A stretch of DNA of 64,000 bases, taken from NCBI RefSeq assembly GCF_001194135.2, contig NC_068992.1:67285887-67349886 (forward strand), in the 5' to 3' direction. The notes beneath the pieces are model-generated. The model searched no databases. It worked only from the letters and a program-made list of their open reading frames with translations, and was not told the origin of the DNA. The stretch is from Octopus bimaculoides (lineage: Eukaryota). Below, piece after piece: positions 54,241-64,000 of the stretch. Position 1 is the first letter of the stretch. Each line of letters starts with the position of its first letter. The position numbers and the translations under genes were made by a program.

Positions 54241-55968
54241 ATACAAACACACACACACACACATACATACATACACACATCCATCCATCCATCCATACAT
54301 ACATACATACATACATACATACATACATGATAATTTGGTAACCTTCTCACCGGGCAATATATGATATTAAAATATTAAATTTGATTGCAGATTTAAGTAA
54401 TCTTCGCTAGACCAAATGTTTGTTTTATTGCGTAAATATTTTAACCATTTATAATATCTATTGAATAATCTTTAAACGAAGACTTACTTAATGATGCTAT
54501 GCCATTCTCTATAACTATCTGTCTACTAATGTTTCAATGTTGCCAAGTGAATCATATTATTTTTCAATTTCAATGATTAAGTTTGCTGTCTCTGATGCAC
54601 CCTGGAATGATTCTTAACCGACCAATTACATATTTAAATGTATACTAATGCTTTCATGAAATGTTTTAAGATGTCAAAAGAATATAAAATGTTTTAGACA
54701 TCAGCTAATTCTTTTAATTTCTTAATGGATAAATCCACATAATTACTGTAAAAAGTCTTCGTTTTGATAAATGACTTGAAGCTTATTCTTATTCTCTGCC
54801 ATTGCTATTTATATATTCAAACTTGTCAGCAATGTAAATATCTCTAAACGTTTATTGGATAGAATGTCTTTCGAATGATTAAACACTCAATCTTTAATTA
54901 GTTAATATATCTACAAAATGGAACATAATTATCATTATCATAATAATATTTACTATTCATTTCAATTAAAATTATATTGTTCCTCAATCTATATCTAAAC
55001 ACGGCAGCAATACTATACAAACGTTCGATCTAATTATAGTTGTTGCTTGAAATTTCTGGGTTTTTCTTTTATATTTGTCATTAATGAACCACATCGATAT
55101 AAATGATACAATACAAACAGTGCGATTGAACAACAAGTAAAGAAGTGAATATATCAGGGAGTAGCATGGAACAAAAATGCCCCTTTAAATATGTAGTTGT
55201 CATAAATAAATCGATACAACGTAATATTTATGGGATAAATGAAAATACATAGAAAATGATGCGTTCATAAATTAGTTCAAGCGTAGGATATTTGCCGTAT
55301 AATATAAACGTTATTGATATATGTATGTGACAGATATTTCACAGAAAACCATGGGCGCATTCAATTTATATCATCGTGCTCATTGATGTAAGGCTAATTT
55401 CTCAATTGTCTACGAATGTGAAAATGTCACAAGTAATTAAAGTCAAATATAATTATGAATTAATGCGTCTGGTGTCTGTGTAAGTAAATGTATTTCGTTC
55501 TAGCATTTAGTGATTCAGTTCATGTTTCAACCTTTGTTTCGATTTATAATGAATTGATAGGCACCTCTCACACTCTCTCTTTTTCACTCCCCCTCTCTCT
55601 TTCTCTTGTAAGGAATGATTTAATTATTTCCGTTTTCTTGCCAAAAAAATGTTGCAAAATACATTTTAAGAAATTCTAAAATGTTAAAACAACATTCTCG
55701 AGAAATAATTGTTGTACGCCTAAATATTTAAGGGAGTAATTATAAATGTTGTCTTTGTAGAAAACGTTCAATATATAAATCACTCTAGAGGTATGAATAA
55801 ATAAAAAAAAAATACCTAAAATATATCGATTTCAGCTCCTGAAGTATCTTCATACATTTGTGTTTCATAGAATATACAGTGTACCACTAAGCTTCGTTGT
55901 CTCTTACATATATATACATATGTGTAAGCTACACAACTACAAAGCCAAAGTCAAAGCCAAACTGACCG

Positions 55969-56033
<65 letters not shown>

Positions 56034-56270
56034 GGGGGGGGTGTAACCAGCTGTTTACATAGAAACTAGTTAGTACTATTTTTTACTTAGCTACAAATTA
56101 TACCCTAAACAAGCAAATAACCAAAGATGCACGCCCATAAAAGAGAATATATCTATATACACACTTCTTTAATATCTTCATATAATCAAAGCGTCACATA
56201 CATAAGAAAGGATATATACATACATCTGAAACAAAACAAAACCACGAGTTAAAAAAAAAAGTAAAAAGCC

Positions 56271-57790
56271 ATGGCGTCTAACCAGAACACTTACAACAGA
56301 CGAAACTGGTCTGACAACGAAATTGACCTCCTAATAGGAACATGTTTTTCTCTCTCCTCAAAAGAAAACATAAACACTTCGTGTCTAAGTAAGATTGCAG
56401 TAAAACAGCACCAAAACTTAACACAAGATCTGTTAAGTAGATTTGCAGAAACCTAAAAGACGTCGAGGTTTCCTCCAGACTAATTCAGGGTCATTTTGGA
56501 AAACTTCAATATATTTTCTTTGTTGTCAAGAACAACAACAACAACATCAGTCAGAAAACCATGAACAGCAACAACAAGCAAAACGACAACGGCAACAACA
56601 ACAGCAACCAGAAAATCAGGAACAGTAACAACAACAAGAACAACAGGAAGAACCGCACCTAAATTCCAGCATAATAGGTGATTTGCTGAAGGGTAATATC
56701 TCTTCAGCTCTCTCTCATTCACCAGTCTCACCGCAGCTACCACTATTATCATCGTCATCATCTTCATGGTCATCACCACCGCTGCCACCATCAGACATTG
56801 ACATCGTCCTCTATAACTTCAGATTCCACCATCCGAAAGCTAACCCTAGTTACCTTTCTCCAGCCCACACATTTGATACCAAGGACTCCTATGATGCCGA
56901 CTGGGACGCAATCGTAAACGAGCTATCACATGTTGACTCGTCTTTCAGACATCCAAACACCTCCTCAGCATCAAAATCTTTTGGCAGATCTTTCTTGACA
57001 CTGTCATAAATGTATATGCGCTAAACACACCCCACAGAATTCCCCAAAACAGAAAAAACAATTGTCAGAAAAACATAAAGAACAAACAAAAGAATTAACC
57101 AACTAAAATACTGCCAATATCCACATATAAATTCGACGGTTATCACCCTGCACGAAACAAAAAAAAAAACCCTCCAACAATACATGGAGACCATCCTTAA
57201 TAACCAAAGAACAGCAGAGGAGAAGTGGGCCGTCGAGCAAATCAAACTCAACCCCCAAAGCGTTCTCTTTTGCGAAAAGACACAAGATCACTGCCTCCAT
57301 TGTTGGCCCTCTAATTGATGAAAATGGCAATTTCCAGGATAATGCCAAATCCATGAGTGAGATACTGCAGAAACAGTACTGCTCTATTTTTGGCAATCCT
57401 GGTATGGCCGATCTGGACTGTATCAATGATGTTAATCCTCAACACACTCTATCGGACATAACGTTTGCCGCCCCTGATGTGTTGTCGGCAATAAACGAAA
57501 TTAAACGCAATTCAACAGTAGTCCCTGATAGGCGGCTCCCTGCTTGTGTCCTGAAGGTCCCTGGTAGGTTCGCTGCTTGTGTCCTGAAGGTGCGTCTCCT
57601 CTTGCTAACATGGTGGCACTCAATGGATGATTGTTATATTCCTGAAAACTTTCTGTCCCAGTCATTTGTTACAGTCTGTTGTCCCAGTTCACAAAAAGGG
57701 AAACACGTCCCTTGCCGTCAACAACTGGCTGATCTCGCTCTTCTCTCATATCATCAAGGTATTTGAGAAGGTGCTGAGATCACGGAAAGT
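56271..57790 (+). mobile_element. CR1-like LINE remnant (endonuclease end, linker, RT N-terminus) preceded by a decayed ORF with a W..E..LLI start and a Q-rich tract
   Basis: YDADWDAIVNELSHVD; QIKLNPKAFSFAKRHKITASIVGPLIDENG...MSEILQKQYCSIFGNP; SVVPVHKKGN..N..ISL.SHIIKVFEKVLR. The link between the 5' part (56271-56680) and the LINE is inferred. Confidence 0.7.
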
Positions 57791-58059
57791 CTTATATTCT
57801 GCTACAACATTCAAAGGGCAAATTACAGGAAAACTGTCAGAATAGGATTTCGCAAATATTAAAGAATGCATCTCATATATATAATATCAACCACAAAAAA
57901 AAAATAAGGAGCTCATCTTTAATGAATTAGAGGACAGAAATTTCAAGAGAGAGAAACAAACTGATACAATCGCCACTGTGATAGACGAGTTCGAAAACCT
58001 GATGTCAGTTCCTCTTTCTAATGTAGAGAATTTACAAACGCCGTCACAATAAAGGCCTG

Positions 58060-58350
58060 TTTATCATAACCCTTAATATTAACACCAACCGCTGAGCCTG
58101 CAGCATCGAGCTCTAGCTGGTAGTCATGATAAAGGAGATATTTGAAGATCTTCCATGGTCATAATGAGGAACTCATGCACCAGGTTTTTGAGGCCGCGGT
58201 GGAAGCTGAGAGCGGCTACATTCAGTAAACTGTTATCGTCCAGCTGCGATTTAGTTTATATTTTTAAAGTGTAATATATATATATATTAGATGGAGTATT
58301 GTTTTGTTTTCTTTTTATGCAACCTCTTAAATTTAATCCGAACACCCTAT
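58060..58350 (+). mobile_element. Tc1/mariner-superfamily transposase 3' remnant
   Basis: Across frameshifts IKEIFEDLP...NSCTRF...EAAVEAESGYIQ*, typical of the L.A+IEA.GG++E end of DDxD transposases. Confidence 0.4.
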
Positions 58351-58994
58351 AATTAGTATGGACTTGTACAAGGAGACATGTAGTCGCCTATTACCTCATG
58401 TTATATTACCATACGCATTTCTCGCCCGTTTTCATTTTCAGGTTTCTGATATTTAATGGATGATCAACATCATAAGTTCGTTTCGATGGAAAAAAAGTGA
58501 GAATCTATCAACGATTGACATATAATTTTTCACTTCCATTTTCATAAATAGCTCTATATCGACACCTTGCCAAAATTGCTATTTGACCATCATATATCAG
58601 ATTTTGTACCTGCTTACGCTCCCTATTTTCCTGATGAAATTTCGGCATTCCGTGATATATCACTACTTACACGTCATATATTCAAAGGGCTTCAGAAGCC
58701 GATGTGACCAATCGACTCGTTATCTTAATTCCAGGGTTTGTACTTGACATTATCGGCTAATAAATTTATTGGCGCAATATTTTATGGTTAGTATTAATCT
58801 TGTACTTCTAAAAACCATTCCTTCTGTTTGTATTATTCTCTCAGAGCTTTATATCCATTACCAATTTTCCTATTCCTCTTTTCTTTTTGCCAAAGCTAAC
58901 TGGATAATGAATATGGAAAGATTTGATTCATTCCTAACGCGGAGGTTGGATTATATTTTTTACATTTTTACACACACACGCAAACACGCACATG

Positions 58995-59051
<57 letters not shown>

Positions 59052-59626
59052 CGTAAAAGTGTGTGTGCTTGTGTGTGTGTGTTTGCGTGTGTGTCTATTT
59101 ATAAAGACAGAGAGAATATGTTCATTTTCCATTATTATATCAATCAATAAAATATGATTTCTTCCCCCTATGAACACTGGAGAATTTCCAACTGCCCTTC
59201 ACATGAAATTGTTGCCTTCAGCATTGAGTTTCCTTTGAACTTCCTTTTGGTTTTTGGTTTATAAATATTTTTCCTCCGAATATTTACTTCCAAATTTCTA
59301 TATTCTCTGTTTTACATGCTGAAGAAATAGTCTCATTAGTATTCATAATTATTCAAAACATTTTGTACACATTTATTTTTTTCAAGATATTTCAACCCAA
59401 TTCATATTTAATTTTGCAGTCGTCTATTTTGTCCTTGTCTTTATCTTGAACAATAACAAATTTGCTCTGAAGGACTCGAAATGCGGTTAACTTGCATCTC
59501 CGTTGTGCACTAGTTACCCATTTCCATCAAATCTGTTGTGTTGCTATTTAATGTACGGTTTCCTTTGATAACAAGGTTTCATCAAGTACTACTTTAGATA
59601 TATCACCCGCTGTGAGATAATATATG

Positions 59627-59830
59627 TACGAGGTGATATCAAAAATTTCCCGGACTAGTTATGTTAAATATAAAAAAAGAACTTATTGACCTTAGATTAT
59701 TCCGAGTTACTTTTGTCGATAAAAACAGTTTGATTCAAATTCCGTGTCGCTTAGACTTTCAAAGCTCGTGAGGCTTCTCCCCGGATACATTGCCTGACGA
59801 TTAGCTTCACGGGCCTTGACACTATGAGTA
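59627..59830 (+). mobile_element. Probable mariner-type terminal inverted repeat and adjacent sequence
   Basis: TACGAGGTGATATCAAAAATTTCCCGGACT resembles mariner termini (TA+CGAGG..T.AAAA.T). No partner TIR was identified; a gap follows. Confidence 0.4.
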
Positions 59831-59880
59831 GCAAAGGATATGAATCAAATTATTGTGATCAATATATTGTATATGCTTAC

Positions 59881-59924
<44 letters not shown>

Positions 59925-60263
59925 NNNNNNNNNNNNNNNNNNNNNNNNNNNNNNNNNNNNNNNNNNNNNNNNNNNNNNNNNNNNNNNNNNNNNNNNNNNN
60001 NNNNNNNNNNNNNNNNNNNNNNNNNNNNNNNNNNNNNNNNNNNNNNNNNNNNNNNNNNNNNNNNNNNNNNNNNNNNNNNNNNNNNNNNNNNNNNNNNNNN
60101 NNNNNNNNNNNNNNNNNNNNNNNNNNNNNNNNNNNNNNNNNNNNNNNNNNNNNNNNNNNNNNNNNNNNNNNNNNNNNNNNNNNNNNNNNNNNNNNNNNNN
60201 NNNNNNNNNNNNNNNNNNNNNNNNNNNNNNNNNNNNNNNNNNNNNNNNNNNNNNNNNNNNNNN

Positions 60264-60298
<35 letters not shown>

Positions 60299-60862
60299 GT
60301 ATGTCTGTATAAATCATACAGACTAAAAACTGCCCGGAGGATGATATTTCTTCCTGCAAGTATGATATTATAATCGAAATTACTTTCACCAATAAAGTAA
60401 TATTGTGAAAAAGTAAAAACACCCGGCAGCATTTATAAAGTAAATCTACGTCTAATACTAAATAATAGTTACTATTCAATAAAGCTCCTTTCTATGAAGT
60501 TTCATGCCTCGAGGGGACCTGTAGTAATATCTAAAAAAGAATTCCAATGTAATTTTCATACGCAATACTTTTTCCCTATGATAAAATTTGGCAACAATTT
60601 TGGCATGATTTTTAATATGATGGAGGACAAACAAATTTCTACTTATTTTATAATACATTGCCTTTTCTATGTATTTCATAAATTCCTTAGATGTTGATGA
60701 TTATGCGCGGTCGCAAGTCTCGACGAACCCACCCACCGTTCTCACACATATATACATACATACATACATATGCATACATACATACGTACGTACACACATA
60801 CACACACACACACATACACACGCACACACACATATATATATATATATGTATATATGTATATC

Positions 60863-60967
<105 letters not shown>

Positions 60968-60972
60968 ATATA

Positions 60973-61853
60973 CAGAATGTCCTAAAAGTCACTGATGAGT
61001 TTTAATTTTTAATGACTTCCATAACTTTACTAATAGATGCATGAAATTTTGATACGATATAAAGAGCATAATGGAAATTAATATGTACGAGTCATATTTT
61101 GCAACACCACTACATCACATATGAAAAATGACATCACTCTAAGAGCAGATATTTTCGGGTTCGCAGGCTTTCCAAAACTTGCATCACAACACCCTCAAGA
61201 GTTTCAGACCCCACATCACTGATTTTCTATTGATGTTCTCCTTCAGTTGCACCAGAGTCTCCGGTTTGTTGGCGTAAACCTTCTCTTTCAGGTATCCCCA
61301 CAAGAAAAAAATCCAGGCTAGTAAAGTCTGGAGAATTTGAAAACCAGGTGACATCGTTATATCGTTAGATTATTCTCTCTATAAAGTACAGCCATAGCAA
61401 CTGCATTGTTTCTGTAGCGTTATGAGCAGTTACCCCATCTTCCTGGAACCATGTGTGAGGTCTACTTCGAATGGCCTTCACTTTCCCCAGATTTGACTAG
61501 CCCAGTGTTGTTCTTGTGGGGATATCGGAAAGACAGCGTTTACGTCAATAAACCGCAGACCCTGCAGCAACTGAAGGGGAACATCAATTGCGAAATCAGA
61601 ATAGTGGCGTCTGAAACTGTTGAGGGTGTCATAGAGAAAGTTTTGGAAAGAGCACGGGCGTGCGAAGTCTAAAATGACTGCCAATTAGGTGATGTCATTT
61701 TTCATATGTAATGTAGTAGGGTTGCAAAATTTGACTTGTTCATTTTAATCTCCATTATACCCTTTATATTATATCAAACATTCTTGCGTTTATTTGTACA
61801 GTTAAGGAAGTTATTAAAAATTGAAACCCATCAGTAACTTTTGGGACACACTG
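60973..61853. mobile_element. Tc1/mariner (DD37D/maT-like) foldback element with two intact outer TIRs, flanked by TA
   Basis: TA|CAGAATGTCCTAAAAGTCACTGATGAG ... CCCATCAGTAACTTTTGGGACACACTG|TA. The minus arm encodes WFQEDGVTAH...WFSNSPDFTSLDFFLWGYLKEKVYANKPETLVQLKENI. The plus arm encodes WPSLSPDLTSPVLFLWGYRKDSVYVNKPQTLQQLK. Confidence 0.9.
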
Positions 61854-62849
61854 TATATATATCTATGAATGTATCTATGCAAGAATATATGTATTTATGT
61901 ATGTATGTATGTATGTATGTATGTATGTATGTGTGTATGTATATTTGTGTGCGTGAGTGTTTACACTCGCATGCGTAACTTTTGATTTGTTTTTTTTTCT
62001 ATTTTTTAAAGCCCAAAGATTCACGCTTCATATAAAAAAATTTCATTTTGGTATTTTGTATTGCGTGTCCTAATATAATGGTCAAAGTGCGTAACTACAT
62101 CATGTTTCCTTTATTGCATTAGTCTCATACATTCAGCTCCATTCTCCGGGCTTTCATCATTTCACATTATATCACGCTTTATTATTTTAACAATTTCTAC
62201 TCTCTCATTCTATCGCACATTTTTCTGGCTTTGTTTTTTTTCAACACAAAAAAAAAAAACACTTTAATCTAATGAAACTGCTTTTTACTCTTAATACGTT
62301 TTGGTTTCACTCTGTGATTTGGTGATGAATTGAAATCTGGTTAACGCGCGCGCGCACACACACACACACACACATGTAAAGACAACGTGGGTTTTCTGAA
62401 AAAGTCAATGTTTATAAATAATAAAATAACTGTGTGTTGACTTTTATTTTAGTTCCACAAATTTCAGAAAATATGCCTATCGTCGTAAGGTATCTCTGTA
62501 TATATGTCTTTTGATAGTTAAAAACGAAGGTTTGATAAACATTTTAGGATGATATTTGGAGCATAGATCTTAAAAGAGAATGAACTGGTAACGAACGTTG
62601 ACTGAAATAGGAAAAGAAAGTCCTTATCCACAACTTCCCTTGAGTCACTTCGTGCGTTGTGTATGAGTGAATTTACATGCAGACAACGCTTGGAAGTCGT
62701 ACAACGTAAGATTGTACATTTCGTTGTAAGTCAGATGTGTTGCTTCGGAGTAAGCCTGAACATCACAAAGAACAATGAAAGTCATCCTCGTTACACCTTA
62801 AATGATAAGGCCGGGATGATATCAACAACGTAATCAAGAGTAGGCGGAA

Positions 62850-64000
<1,151 letters not shown>

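Overview
This is eukaryotic, AT-rich, repeat-dense DNA with about 14 assembly gaps (N runs), mostly bordered by (TA)n. The repeat families and microsatellite load suggest an octopus/coleoid cephalopod genome; this is an inference from remembered repeat sequences, not a database match. There is no prokaryotic content, CRISPR array, rRNA or real tRNA gene, and no complete protein-coding gene. Nearly all supplied ORFs are microsatellite or N-run artefacts. Supported content: decayed non-LTR retrotransposons (Tx1/L1-like, three stacked R4/Dong-like copies, CR1-like, RTE-like), Penelope-like elements (PLE; one with RT and GIY-YIG motifs at 62.85-64 kb), Tc1/mariner remnants including two head-to-head foldbacks, and about 17 tRNA-derived SINE copies in four families. 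The most interesting signals are two distinct hammerhead-ribozyme-like motif families. One lies in the tail of a tRNA-headed SINE (16.9 kb). The other is a CCGACGA-core variant seen three times, twice as a divergent inverted pair (18.8 and 29.5 kb). Also notable are apparent microsatellite targeting by the Tx1 and R4 elements, and weakly supported + strand exons at 39.8-50.7 kb, one of them duplicated, with a MAM-domain-like CLxFW motif. Coordinates of decayed elements are approximate and were read by eye.
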